A DNA stretch of 64,000 nt from an uncultured Actinomycetes bacterium (GTDB taxonomy: Bacteria; Actinomycetota; Acidimicrobiia; IMCC26256; PALSA-610): the NCBI GenBank assembly GCA_963729375.1, contig CAVSNP010000008.1:164392-228391 (forward strand), in the 5' to 3' direction. The notes under the pieces were generated by a model that saw nothing but the letters and a program-made list of their open reading frames with translations, made no database searches and was not told the origin of the DNA. The position numbers and the translations under genes are program-made. This document shows, in pieces, positions 31,583 to 42,748 of this stretch; the first letter of the stretch is position 1; each line of letters opens with the position of its first letter.

Positions 31583-32392
31583 GTGACCAGACCCGTGTTC
31601 GTTGTCGACGCATTCGCTGATGGTCCGTTTCGCGGCAATCCGGCCGGTGTGGTGCCCCTCGAGGCCGGCGACGTGCCCGGCGACGCATGGATGCAGGCGG
31701 TCGCGGCCGAGATGAAACACTCCGAGACGGCCTACGTTCAGCCCCGCGGCGACGGCGGCTTCGACTTGCGGTGGTTTACGCCTGAGGTCGAGGTCGACCT
31801 GTGTGGACACGCGACGCTGGCCAGCGCGCATGTGCTCTTCGAGACGCAGCGGTTGGCCGTCGACGCGCCTGCGGTGTTCCACACTCGCGGCGGAGAGCTC
31901 CGAGCGACACGTGAGCCCGACGGCGCGGTGCAGCTCGACTTTCCCACCGCGGTGCCCGAACCCTGCGACGTGCCCGCCGGTCTCCTCGACGCGCTCGGCG
32001 TTGCGAAGGCCGAATCGCTTCGGACGACCGGCCAGTTCTTCATGCTCGTGGTACCCGACGCGGCGACGGTGAGAGACCTTGCGCCCAGCTTCCGCGCGTT
32101 GGCAGAGCTTCGCGACGTACGCGGTGTCTACGTCACCGCCGCGGGCGACGACGGCGTGCACGACATCGTGTCACGCTGCTTCGCACCACGCGTCGGTATC
32201 GACGAAGATCCGGTCACCGGATCGATGCATTGCGTGCTCAGCGCCTATTGGTGCGAACGTCTCGGCAAAAAGGAGTTGCACGCCCACCAAGCCTCGGCGC
32301 GTGGCGGAACGATGCACATCCGGCTCGCAGGTGATCGCACACTGCTTGTCGGACGCGCAGTGACCGTGCTGCGCGGCGCCCTGGTGGTCTAA
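31583..32392 (+). CDS. PhzF-family isomerase
   Basis: VDAF..GNPAGV, SETAY, WFTPEVEVDLCGHAT, EDPVTGS motifs. Confidence 0.93.
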   Translation: MTRPVFVVDAFADGPFRGNPAGVVPLEAGDVPGDAWMQAVAAEMKHSETAYVQPRGDGGFDLRWFTPEVEVDLCGHATLASAHVLFETQRLAVDAPAVFHTRGGELRATREPDGAVQLDFPTAVPEPCDVPAGLLDALGVAKAESLRTTGQFFMLVVPDAATVRDLAPSFRALAELRDVRGVYVTAAGDDGVHDIVSRCFAPRVGIDEDPVTGSMHCVLSAYWCERLGKKELHAHQASARGGTMHIRLAGDRTLLVGRAVTVLRGALVV

Positions 32393-32491
32393 CCCAGCCG
32401 ACGGCGTACGCGCCCGGTCGGACGAACGGCTCGTCTTTTCGCTTCGTCGCGATCGCCGGTCGAACCGAAACCAACGAACTGCGGCGCGTCG

Positions 32492-33442
32492 CTACGTCTG
32501 CGCCCGTGCGCGGTGCCAGGCGATCTGCGCGGTGATCCCGTCGCGCAGCGTGACCTTCGGTTCCCAGTCGAGGAGCGTGCGGGCCCGGTCGATGGCGCCG
32601 CCGTTGCGAACCGAGTCGCCTGCCTTCTTCGGCTCCGGCTCGACCGCGACCGGCGCGCCGGCGATCTCTCCGACGAGGGCGATGAGTTCGTTGAGCGTGA
32701 TTTCGACACCGCCGGCGACGTTCAAGTACGTGCCTGGCTCGACGTCGCGTTCGGCGGCTGCGAGGTTGGCGGCCACGATGTCGCTGGCGTAGGTGAACTC
32801 CCGGATCTGCGTCCCGTCGCCGTAGCGCGGGAACGTCGAGCCGTCCACCGCCGCCCGGCACAGGCGGTAGATCGACATGTCCGGCCGTTGACGCGGACCG
32901 AACACGGTGAAATATCTCAGCGAGACGGTATGCACGCCCCAGTTCTGCGCGTACAGGCCGCAGAGATGCTCGGCCGCGAGCTTGGTCACGCCGTACGGGC
33001 TGAACGGTTTGGGAAGATCGGTCTCATCGGTCGGATAGCGGCCCTGGTTGCCGTATACCGACGACGAGGACGCGTACACGACCCGCGCGCCGGGACGCGC
33101 GTGCTGCACGGCTTCGAGCAGCCGCTGCGTCGCCAAGACATTGTGCCCGACGTAGTCGGCGAAACCATCTGACCAGGACAGGCGCACACCGGCCTGACCG
33201 GCTTGGTGATAGACGGCGTCGATCCCACTGAGCAGGGATTCGACATCACAGGAACGAAGGTCGGCGTCGACGAACTCGAACCGTTCGTGAGTACGGGCCG
33301 ACGACAGGTTGTGCTCCTTGGTGTCGCGGTCGTAGTAAGGGGTGAAGCAGTCGACACCGACCACAGAATCGCCGCGCGTCAACAGTGTTTCGACGAGGTG
33401 GCTCCCGACGAAGCCGGCCGCACCGGTCACAAGTGTGTGCAC
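32492..33442 (-). CDS. NAD-dependent epimerase/dehydratase (UDP-glucuronate 4-epimerase-like)
   Basis: VTGAAGFVGS, QAGVR, ASSSSVYG, YGVTK, LRYFTVFGPRQRPDM motifs. Confidence 0.88.
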   Translation of the reverse strand: MHTLVTGAAGFVGSHLVETLLTRGDSVVGVDCFTPYYDRDTKEHNLSSARTHERFEFVDADLRSCDVESLLSGIDAVYHQAGQAGVRLSWSDGFADYVGHNVLATQRLLEAVQHARPGARVVYASSSSVYGNQGRYPTDETDLPKPFSPYGVTKLAAEHLCGLYAQNWGVHTVSLRYFTVFGPRQRPDMSIYRLCRAAVDGSTFPRYGDGTQIREFTYASDIVAANLAAAERDVEPGTYLNVAGGVEITLNELIALVGEIAGAPVAVEPEPKKAGDSVRNGGAIDRARTLLDWEPKVTLRDGITAQIAWHRARAQT

Positions 33443-33445
33443 GGG

Positions 33446-34804
33446 TCAGTACGCGGCTTCGGCGAGCGACTCGGCGAGCGCGGGATGCACGAGCAGCGAG
33501 TCGACGATGTCGCCTACCTTCAAATTGTTCGTCGCCGCGACCGCGATCACCGAGATCAGCTCGGCCGCGTTGCGGCCCACGATCGCTCCGCCGAGCACGA
33601 CGCCAGTCGCAGGGTCAGACAGGATTTTCACAAAACCGCGCGGGTCCCCGTTGATCAGCGACTTTGCGTTGGCCGAGAACGGCACCTTCGTGACCCGCAG
33701 CTTGCGGCCCGCCGCGAACGCTTCGGCCTCCGCCACGCCGACCTCTGCGATCTCGGGATCGGTGAAGATCGCCTGCGCGGCTTTGTCGTAGTCGAGGTGC
33801 CGGTGGGCGCGGGCGGTCAGGCCCATCACGTGTTCGGCGATCTTACGGCCCTGCATCGCGGCGACCGACGAGAGCGGCAACCGCCCCGAGATATCCCCCG
33901 CTGAGTAGATGTGCGCCACGTTGGTCTGACAGTGCCGGTTGCCCGGGATGTAGCCGTTCTCGTCGACGACAACTCCTGCTGCGCCGCAGTTCAGCTCGTC
34001 CGTATTGGGCAACGAGCCAATCGCGAGCAACGCGTGGGATCCGTCGACGGCGCGGCCGTCGTCGCACGCGACGAAGACTTTGTCGCCCTCTCTCCCGATT
34101 GACACCGCGCGCGGACCTTTCAACAGCCTCACGCCGCGTCGGATGAATTCGTTTTCGAGTACGGCCGCGACCTCAGGATCCTTCGCCGGCAGCACCTGCT
34201 GGCGTGAGACGATCAGCGACACCTGAGATCCGAGCGCACTGAACATGTTCGTGAACTCGACACCGGTCACACCTGAACCGATCACGACGAGATGTTCGGG
34301 GATCTCGGGCGGTGGGTACGCCTGTCGGGTTGTCAGGATCCGCTCACCGTCGATCGTCGTCCATTCGGGCACACGGGGCCGCGATCCGGTCGCGAGCAGG
34401 ATCGCATCCGCCTCGATCTCCTCGAAACCGTCGTCGGTCGTTGCCTCGATCGCATAGGCGCTGACGAGCCGACCGGTGCCGCGCAGCAGGCGCACACCCT
34501 GAGATTCGAGCAGGCTCGTCACACCTTCGCGGAGGGTGCCTTCCATACCGGCGATCCGTGCCCGGAGCGCGGGCACGTCGAGGCAGCCGTTCGCCTCGAG
34601 ACCCATCGTGTTGGCGCGCGCGAGATCAGCTAATCCGTTGCCGGTCCCGACCATCGCCTTGCTCGGAATGCAATCCCACAGGTGCGCGGCGCCGCCGATC
34701 ACGTCGCGTTCGATCAACGTCACCTCGGCGCCGAGAGACGCCGCGACCGTCGCCGCGGTGTTTCCGCCCGGGCCACCACCAACAATCACGAAACGTACCG
34801 GCAC
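33446..34804 (-). CDS. lpdA: NAD(P)H:quinone reductase (mycobacterial LpdA-type flavoprotein)
   Basis: GGGPGG, GGAAHLWDCIPSK (only one Cys of the redox pair), GSGVTGVEF, LSSVAAMQGR motifs. Confidence 0.8.
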   Translation of the reverse strand: MPVRFVIVGGGPGGNTAATVAASLGAEVTLIERDVIGGAAHLWDCIPSKAMVGTGNGLADLARANTMGLEANGCLDVPALRARIAGMEGTLREGVTSLLESQGVRLLRGTGRLVSAYAIEATTDDGFEEIEADAILLATGSRPRVPEWTTIDGERILTTRQAYPPPEIPEHLVVIGSGVTGVEFTNMFSALGSQVSLIVSRQQVLPAKDPEVAAVLENEFIRRGVRLLKGPRAVSIGREGDKVFVACDDGRAVDGSHALLAIGSLPNTDELNCGAAGVVVDENGYIPGNRHCQTNVAHIYSAGDISGRLPLSSVAAMQGRKIAEHVMGLTARAHRHLDYDKAAQAIFTDPEIAEVGVAEAEAFAAGRKLRVTKVPFSANAKSLINGDPRGFVKILSDPATGVVLGGAIVGRNAAELISVIAVAATNNLKVGDIVDSLLVHPALAESLAEAAY

Positions 34805-34844
34805 AACGCCAGGCTACGCGCGGCCACCCGCCTACCCTGACCAC

Positions 34845-35776
34845 ATGCAGGAGCTGCGCACCGACGAGCTCGCCGGGACCACCGTCATCGTCGCGCCCGG
34901 ACGCGCGACCCGACCCACCGTGTACAGCGCGTCGGCATCTGCCCAGGCCGCGACACCGACAACGCTCGCCTCGTGCCCGTTCTGTCCTGGCCACGAGTCC
35001 ATGACGCCACCCGAAGTGGCACACGTTGGTGACGGTGCACCCGACACGCCCGGATGGCAGGTACGCGTCGTCCCGAATCTCTACCCGATCGTGGGCGGCG
35101 AACACCTTCCCGGCGTGCACGAAGTGTTGGTGTTGTCACCCGCTCACGAACGCGAGCTCGACGCACTTTCGCTCGACGCCGCGACCGCCGCCCTGCGTAC
35201 GCTGCGCGAACGCGCCGCCTATCAGCTCGAAACCGGCTTCGTGCATGCGCAGCCGCTCGTCAATTCGGGCCGGGCATCGGGGGCTTCGATCGAACATCCA
35301 CACGCGCAGCTGGTCGCCCTCGCGTTCACTCCCCCGCAGGTCGACGCGACGCTCACGCGCTTTGCCGATGCCGGATGCGATCTCGTCGTCGCCGCCATCG
35401 ACGACGCGCGCCGAAGGTCGTGTCTCGTACGCGATGGCGCTGCGGTCACGTGGTGCCCTCCGGGTGGGATCTCGCCCTTCTTCGTGCGCGTCGCGCTCGC
35501 GTCGGGACCGGCACGATTCGATCGCTCGACCGACGATGACCTGCGCACACTTGCTGAGGCGCTGCAAGACGCGCTCCGCGCCTGCACCACCTTTTGGGCA
35601 ACATCGCCTACAACGTCGTGTTCAACACCGCGCCGCGCGACGACGACCGACCATTCCACTTTTGGGTCGATGTCGTGCCCCGGCTCGGAGTGATCGGCGG
35701 TTTCGAGATGGGAACCGGCGTGCTCGTCAACCCGGTCGCGCCCGAAATGGCGGCTGCGATGTTGCACGACGCATGA
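34845..35776 (+). CDS. galT: Galactose-1-phosphate uridylyltransferase-like protein, frameshifted
   Basis: CPFCPGHE, RVVPNLYP, HEVLVLSPAH, GASIEHPHAQ (HxHxQ), GGFEMGTG motifs. Confidence 0.75.
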
Positions 35777-36219
35777 GGCTGCGGGTTGGGATCACGATCG
35801 CCGCGTCGCCGGTCGAGGTGTGGCGTGTGATCGAACCGATCGAACGTCACCTCGACTGGATGGCCGATGCGGTCTCGATCACGTTCACGAGCACGCAGCG
35901 GCGCGGTGTGGGCACACGTTTCGACTGCCTCACTCGCATCGGGCCGTTCCGGACCACCGATCGCATGGCCGTCACCGAATGGGATCCCGGCCGGTCGATG
36001 GGTATCGACCACCGCGGCGTCGTCACCGGTCGCGGCCGTTTCCGCCTGCGCGGCCGACCGCGCCAGCGGACACGCTTCACCTGGACCGAACAGCTCACCT
36101 TCCCGTGGTGGATGGGCGGAACCTTCGGCACGTTCGCGGCCAAGCCGGTCTTGCGCCGTGTCTGGCGGCGCAATCTCCGTCACCTGAAACAGCTGGTCGA
36201 AGGCCGGTCGGGCCGCTGA
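35773..36219 (+). CDS. SRPBCC (START-like) family protein
   Basis: MRLRVGITIAASPVEVW...GVGTRF...VTEWDPG; ATGA overlap with the galT-like gene. Confidence 0.85.
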   Translation: MRLRVGITIAASPVEVWRVIEPIERHLDWMADAVSITFTSTQRRGVGTRFDCLTRIGPFRTTDRMAVTEWDPGRSMGIDHRGVVTGRGRFRLRGRPRQRTRFTWTEQLTFPWWMGGTFGTFAAKPVLRRVWRRNLRHLKQLVEGRSGR

Positions 36220-36307
36220 AATCCCCGACGGTCGAGCACGCCGGCCGCGACCGCGGCCGGGCCTCGCCGTCGAGCCGTGGACGCGGACGCGGGTTAGGTT
36301 CTCGACC

Positions 36308-37275
36308 ATGACGACGTACGCGATGAGCGTGGCGGGGATCCAGACCCTCGGAGCCGACCTGACGCTCGATGTCGTGCGCGAAGCCGACGCGCTCGGGTAC
36401 CACTCGGCGTGGGTCGCCGAAGCGAACGCGGCCGAAGCGATGGTGCTGCTCGGCGCGATCAGCCAAGCTGCGCCGCATCTCGGGCTCGGCACCGGTGTGC
36501 TCGCGCTCCAGTTGCGCACGCCTCCGCTGCACGCGATGGCCGCCGCGACGCTGCAACAGCTCGTCGGAGATCGCGACGTGTACCTCGGTGTCGGGATCTC
36601 GTCTCCGGCCGTCGCCGGCCAGTGGCACGGCGCCGGCTACTCCGACCGGCCGATCGCGCAGGTACGCGAGTTCGTCACACTCGTTCGCGAGTGCCTCAGC
36701 GGCGAGACGGTCAGCTTCGAGGGCGATTTCTATACTGTAAAACGCTTCCGGCTCGGCGTGCGGCTCGGTGAACACCGCCCCAAGATCTTCGTCGCCGCGC
36801 TGAACGAACAGATGCTGCGGCTCGCGGGCGCGATCGCCGACGGCGTCTTGCTCAACTATCTGCCTGCGTCGCTCGTACCGTGGTGCGTCGATCGAGTGCG
36901 CGAGGGCGGGAACGCGCAGGTGTACGCCTATGTGCACTGCGGCGTCACCGACCGCGACCGTTACGCAGATCTCGCACGCAAAGACCTCTTGAACTACGCG
37001 GTGGTCGATGCGTACGCAAACCAGTTCTCCCGCGCCGGCTTCGGGGACAACGTTGCCGAGTTCCGCGAGCGTTGGGCTGCCCGCGACCAGACGCGGCACT
37101 CGCCGCGATCGGCGACGCATGGGTCGACGACATCCAGATCATGGGCGACGCCGCACACGTGCGCGCCAAGGTCGCGGCGTACGACCACGCCGGTGCCCAA
37201 CCGATCGTCTTCGCGCTGCCGTGGGGAGAGGATCGCCACGCCACCGTCAGCGCCACGCTGCAGGCACTGGGTTAA
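36308..37275 (+). CDS. LLM-class flavin/F420-dependent oxidoreductase, frameshifted near 37090
   Basis: GYHSAWVAE, LGTGVL..RTP, LGVGIS, IFVAAL, LAGAIADG motifs. Confidence 0.88.
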
Positions 37276-37278
37276 GGA

Positions 37279-38054
37279 CTATCGACCCGAAAATTTCGCC
37301 TTGCCGGGACCATGTTCGAGGAACGACGCGACGCCGACGTGGGCGTCTTCGGTGCCGAAGACTTCGACGAACGCGTCGGCTTCCATGTCCAGACCGTCGC
37401 CGAGACGCTGTCCGAGTCCGTCGTCGATCAGGCGCTTCGCGACACCCATCGCGACCACCGCACCGGCGCCGAGGTGCGCGGCCCAACGCAGGGCGTTGTC
37501 TTCCACTTCGTCGCTCGGAACGACTCGATCGAGGATGCCGAGGGCATGCGCTTCGTCGGCGCGCACCTGCCGGCCGCTCCAAATGAGCTCCTTGGCCGCG
37601 CGGGACCGATCAGCCGAGCCAGGCGTTGCGTGCCGCCCGCACCGGGGATCGCACCGAGCAAGATCTCGGGCTGGCCGACACGCGACGTGTCTGCGCCGAC
37701 ACGCAAGTCGCACGTGAGGGCGAGTTCGCAACCGCCACCGAGGGCATAGCCGCGGATCGCGGCGATCACCGGCCGGGGAATCGCCGCCACTGCATCGAAC
37801 GCGGCCCGGAACGCCTCAGCCGCGGCGCGGGCACGGTGTTGATCCTGCAACTCGTGGATGTCCGCGCCGGCCGCGAGTGCCTTGTCGCTTCCCGCGACGA
37901 CGACCGCTTTGATCGAGCCATCGCGCGCGACTTCGAACGCGGCGTCTCGGAGCGCACCGAGCAACACGATCGACAGCGGATTCATGGGGGGACGGTTGAG
38001 ACGCAACAATGCGACTCCGCCGTCGTGATGCTCGGTCAAGACGAGGTCAGTCAT
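37279..38054 (-). CDS. Enoyl-CoA hydratase/isomerase, frameshifted
   Basis: AAGADI, GYALGGGCELAL, GQPEILLGAIPGAGGTQRL motifs. Confidence 0.92.
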
Positions 38055-38084
38055 CGGTCGTCAGGGACGCGGTGATCGTCGTGC

Positions 38085-38424
38085 CGGTCCGGTCCCTTCC
38101 TCCTTTCGTATGGTGCGTCCGGTGTTGGTGCGTCGAAGGGGGGAGGTTCACAGCCCGCTTTCGCAGGACCGGGCCTGACGGTCTGCGGTATCCCGCCCCT
38201 TTGACGGTGCGCGTTTTGATGGTGCCCCGTTGATGCTGACGGGACCGCAGGCTTCGCGCTGATGGTGCGCTCCACGCGCGTGCTCCCACCAGGCAGGAGG
38301 TTCTCGACACCCCGGTCAGCCCGCCACCGCTCGACCACGAACCGGGGACTGCGACCGGACGCTGCGGCGACGACCCGGACGGCACCGACACCGGCTGGTG
38401 TGAGACAGCGTTCACGACACCGCA
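38085..38424 (-). mobile_element. Degenerate ORF-less group II intron 5' remnant (domain I, possibly a domain III trace)
   Basis: Minus strand gtgtcgtgaacgctg..ccagccggtg..ccgtccgggt..cgccgcagcgtccggtcgcagtccccgg..ggggtgtcgagaacc..gggagcacgc..gcgaagcctgcggtcccgtca matches, in order, the domain I segments I recall from bacterial group II introns. No RT ORF or domain V seen. Confidence 0.6.
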
Positions 38425-38520
38425 TGAGGGTGAACCTACCGGTGTGGCTTCGAACTGCGGCCGGGCCGGGTCTGGTGTCCGGTCGTGACGGGTTCGGATC
38501 TGCGGATCTGCCGGCCGGCG

Positions 38521-39153
38521 CTACCGAAAGAGCACCTCGGCCCCGACGGGGACGAACCCGGCCGCGAGGGTCGAACGCATCGACGCGGCGTTCCCGGGCG
38601 CGACCTGCGCCCACAGCGGCTCGCCGGCGGGAACCAGGCCGCGGGCCGCGGCCGCCAAACGCCGGCCGAGTCCGCTGCTTCGGCGCGAGGTTCCGACCTC
38701 GTAGCCGACCTCCCAGCGTTTGCACAGTCCCTGCCCGACGATGACAAGACCTTCGTCGTCGGTGGTCCAGACGCTTTCGATCGACCGGAACTGCGACGCT
38801 TCGTGCACGCGCGGGTGCGCGAACCCGTCGTTGCGACGCAGCCATGGTGGCGGGCCCAACCCGTCGCCGATCGCCACCAGCACCGCATCGTGGGTCAACG
38901 GCACGCGACCGATGCGATCGGCCAACCCGACGAGCGAAGCCGGCGAGAACGGCACCGTCAACGCTCCGGCGGGCCAACGGGACGCGACGTCGCGCGGATC
39001 GACGTTGGCGGCGAGCACGAAATGACCGGTGAACGCACACAGCGCGTCGCAGGGCGGTCCGGGCGACGGCACCACCTCGACCAGCCCGTCGAACGGCGGG
39101 AAGCGGCCGTGCGCCGCGTCGGCCAGCATCTCGGCCAACGGGTGCGCGCTCAC
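38521..39153 (-). CDS. GNAT-family N-acetyltransferase-like protein
   Basis: RRSSGLGRRL acetyl-CoA motif and C-terminal PGNAASMRSTLAAGF. Confidence 0.8.
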   Translation of the reverse strand: MSAHPLAEMLADAAHGRFPPFDGLVEVVPSPGPPCDALCAFTGHFVLAANVDPRDVASRWPAGALTVPFSPASLVGLADRIGRVPLTHDAVLVAIGDGLGPPPWLRRNDGFAHPRVHEASQFRSIESVWTTDDEGLVIVGQGLCKRWEVGYEVGTSRRSSGLGRRLAAAARGLVPAGEPLWAQVAPGNAASMRSTLAAGFVPVGAEVLFR

Positions 39154-40095
39154 GCCCGGCTGGCGAGGAGCGCATCGACCGCCGCGTACGGATCGGTTTC
39201 CCGCGCCGCGACCTGGTCGACCAACGCCTCGAAACGGGCGCCGACGGTGATTCCGCCGCCGCGCGCGAGCAACTGTTCCACGACCAGCGCGCGGAACTCG
39301 GCTGCGAGCCGTGCGTGGCGGCGCTCGGCGAGGTCACCGCTGGATTCGAGGAAGGTACGGTGCGCTCGCACCTTCGCCCACAGCTCAGCGACACCTTCGC
39401 CGTCGGTCGCGACCGTCGTGACGATCGGTGGCCGCCAGGCCATGCCTGGCGCGAGCTCGAGCATGCCGCCGAGGTCGCCCACCGTGGCGTCGACGCCGGG
39501 CCGGTCGGCCTTGTTCACCACGAAGATGTCGGCGATCTCGAGCAGTCCGGCTTTCGCGGCCTGCACTTCGTCGCCCCAACCCGGATTGAGGACCACGATG
39601 GTCGTGTCAGCTTGGCTCGCGATGTCGACCTCGACTTGGCCGACACCCACCGTCTCGATAATCACCCAGGCCTTGCCGACCGCGTCGAGCACTCGCATCG
39701 ACTGCGGGGTCGCGACCGCGAGTCCGCCGAGATGACCGCGCGAGGCCATCGAACGGATGAACACACCAGGATCGGTCGAGTGGCGTTGCATGCGGACGCG
39801 ATCTCCGAGAATTGCGCCGCCGCTGAACGGGCTGCTCGGATCCACCGCCAGTACCCCGACCTCCAGTTGCTCGGCGCGCATGCACGACACGAGCGCGTCG
39901 GTGAGCGTCGACTTTCCGGCGCCGGGCGCGCCGGTGATTCCGACCGACCACGAGCGGCCAGTGTGCGGGTGGAGCCGGCTCGCCACCTCGCGCGCACCCG
40001 CTCCACCCTGTTCCACGAGCGACAACAGCTTCGCGGTGGCGACCCGGTCACCGGCGAGCGCCGCGCTCGACGAGCGCTTCGGTTTCCCCGGTCAT
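39150..40095 (-). CDS. meaB: Acyl-CoA mutase-associated GTPase MeaB, frameshift near 5' end
   Basis: GITGAPGAGKST, VDPSSPFSGGAILGDRVRM, IETVGVGQ, VNKAD motifs. Confidence 0.95.
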
Positions 40096-40116
40096 GTTGG
40101 CGAGCGTATGTGCTCG

Positions 40117-40362
40117 CTACTCGTCGGCAACGACCTCGGTCACGCCGGGAACACGATCCATGATGATGCGTTCGACACCGGCTTTGAGGGTCATGGTCGA
40201 CACTGGGCAACTCCCGCAGGCGCCGATGAGCGAGACGTGCACGACTCCGTCGGGGTCGAGGCCCTGGTAGATGATGTCTCCCCCGTCGCTTTGGAGCGCG
40301 GGACGGATCGCGTCGATTGCCTCGAGGATTGCGTCTTCAGCGGTGGCGACATCGAGCGACAT
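40117..40362 (-). CDS. NifU-like (Nfu) Fe-S carrier domain protein
   Basis: IRPALQSDGGDI and GACGSCPVSTMTLKAGVE; AGGAG RBS. Confidence 0.93.
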   Translation of the reverse strand: MSLDVATAEDAILEAIDAIRPALQSDGGDIIYQGLDPDGVVHVSLIGACGSCPVSTMTLKAGVERIIMDRVPGVTEVVADE

Positions 40363-40533
40363 GGCATCTCCTGGCCGGTGGGCTGTCCGTAGCAACGTCC
40401 CCAGTATCGCAGGTGTTCCCCTCTGGCACGGATGCGGACGACGACCGGGCGTCTCGCCGGTCTGGGCGACGGCCTGCTTCTGCGGCGCGGCCGGGCCCGC
40501 GCCCCGCACCGATCGGCGCTCCGGCGGGGCCGG

Positions 40534-41788
40534 TCAGATCCGCTCGACGTCGGCGCCCAGCGATCGCAACGTCGCCGGAAGATCGGGATAGCCACGATCG
40601 ACGTGCTCTCCTCCGTGCACGATGGTTTCACCGTCGGCGACAAGGCCCGCGAGCACGAGCGCGGCTCCGGCCCGTACGTCCGAAGCGGTGACCGGCGCCC
40701 CGGACAGCCGTTCGACGCCGCGCACGATCGCGTGCCGACCTTCGTTGCGCACGTCGGCGCCCATGCGTGCGAGCTCGTCGACGAAAAGAAACCGGCCCTC
40801 ATAGATGTTCTCGGTGGCGATCGCGCCGCCGTGTGCGACACACATGAGCGCAACCGCGATCGGCATGAAATCGGTCGCGAATCCCGGGTGCGGCAGGGTG
40901 GCCACGTCGATCGCGTGGAGACGTTCCGTCGACCGTGCCCACAATCCGTCGGAGGTCTGCGAGACCCGCATCCCCATCTCGCACAGCTTGCTGACCACGA
41001 TCTCGAGATGCTCAAGGCGGGTGCCGACGAGCTCGATCTCACCGCCGGCGATGCCGCACGCCATCAGCAATGTCCCGGCTTCGATCCGGTCGGCCATGAT
41101 CTCGCTCTCGGCCGGAACGAGAACCTTCGACACCTTCGATCTCGATCGTGGACGAACCGGCGCCGACCACCTGGGCGCCCATGCGATCGAGAAAGGCGGC
41201 AAGGTCGGTTACCTCAGGTTCACGCGCCGCGTTCTCGATCACGGTCGTGCCCTTGGCGAGCACCGCGGCGCACATCAAGTTCTCCGTTGCACCAACGCTC
41301 GGAAACTCCAACAACACCCGAGCGCCGTGCAACAGGTCGCAATGTGCGTGCACGAATCCGTGCCCGACGGACACCTCGGCACCCATCGATTCGAGGCCGC
41401 GCAAGTGCATGTCGACCTTGCGACTCCCGATGTTGTCGCCGCCCGGCAACGCGACGCGTGCCTCACCACAACGCCCGAGCAGCGGGCCCAGCACGTTGAA
41501 CGACGCGCGCATCCGAGTGACCAGCTCGTAGGGCGCCTCCGGCTGGAGATCTCCCGACGCGTCCACACGTACGACGTCGGGTTCTGGCCGCTCGACCCGA
41601 GCACCAACCGCCCGCAGGAGGTCGCTCATCACGTCGAGGTCGAGCACCGAAGGCATATTGCGGAACGTCGACACACCCGGCGCGAGAAGCGCCGCGGCCA
41701 TCTGTTTCACACCCGAGTTCTTGGTCGCACCCGCAACCTCAACTCGGCCATCGAGGGGGCCACTCGCCCGCACACGGAAGCGAGTCAT
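40534..41788 (-). CDS. murA: UDP-N-acetylglucosamine 1-carboxyvinyltransferase, frameshift near 41110
   Basis: [47 protein letters not shown] motifs. Confidence 0.95.
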
Positions 41789-41880
41789 AGCCGGTCATCC
41801 TAGGAGCACCCGCGCGCGAACGATGGTTTCGCCGCTCGTCGGGCCGAAGCGGGCACGGCAGAGGCCGCGAAATGGTCGCG

Positions 41881-42704
41881 CTAGTCCCCTCGGTAGACGG
41901 GCGGGCGCTGGTCGACCAGCGCAGAAATCGCCTCCCGCATGTCTGCCGAACGCAGACAGACGCGCTGCTGCTCGGCTTCGAACACGAGCCCGTCAGCGAC
42001 CGGCAGCCGATCGGACGCGTCGACTGCACGCTTCGCACCTTGCACCGCCAACGGAGGTTGCGCGGCGATGGTCGACGCAAGCGCCGTCACTTCAGCATCG
42101 AGATCGGCTTCGTCGACCAAAAGGTCGCAAAGACCAATGCGGTACGCCTCGTCGGCGTCGATGCGCGCCGCGGTCCAGATGAGCTCTTTCGCTTTGCTGG
42201 CGCCGACGACCCGCGGCAGACGTTGCGTTCCACCGAGGTCGGGCAAAATCCCGTACTTGTGCTCGAGCAGGCCAACCTGTGCGCCGCGCGAACATCCGGA
42301 TGTCACATGCGAGCGCGAGCTGCAATCCGGCACCGAGCGCATACCCGCGCACCGCCGCGATCGTCGGGTAACGCGCGTCGGCGAGCCAAGAGAACGCGTC
42401 TTGCGCGGCGGAGGATGCCATCGACCGTCGGGTCGGCATGGCGGGTTCCTGCGTCGGAGCCATCCTCGATCGAATCGGCCGATCCTGTCGTGAAGACGGT
42501 CGTGTCGATACCCGAAGAGAAGGCGCGACCCTTGCCGGTCACGACGACCGCTCTGAGCTCAGCGTCGTCGCGCAACTCCACGCCGAGGGCGCGCATCTCG
42601 TGCCACATTGCGATCGTGAACGAGTTCAGGCGGTCCGGTCGGGCAAGTCGCAGCCAACCGACGGTCCCCTCACGTTCGAATTCGATGGTCTCGTACCCGG
42701 TCAT
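41881..42704 (-). CDS. Enoyl-CoA hydratase/isomerase, frameshifted
   Basis: GRAFSSGID, GYALGAGLQLALACD, EHKYGILPDLGGTQRL motifs. Confidence 0.9.
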
Positions 42705-42748
42705 GCGAGCACGGTACCTGTGACGCCCCGACATCGGGCTGTCGAAGG

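Noticed and set aside
38111-38134. Short direct repeat tggtgcgtc x2 as a possible array
   Set aside because: Only two 9-bp copies with no spacer structure; not CRISPR-like.
38055-38440. Cobalamin riboswitch, 6S or SRP RNA as explanations for the gap near meaB
   Set aside because: No B12 box or GGGAA..GGTG.AA.TCC core and no SRP or 6S signature recognised; group II intron domain I fits better.
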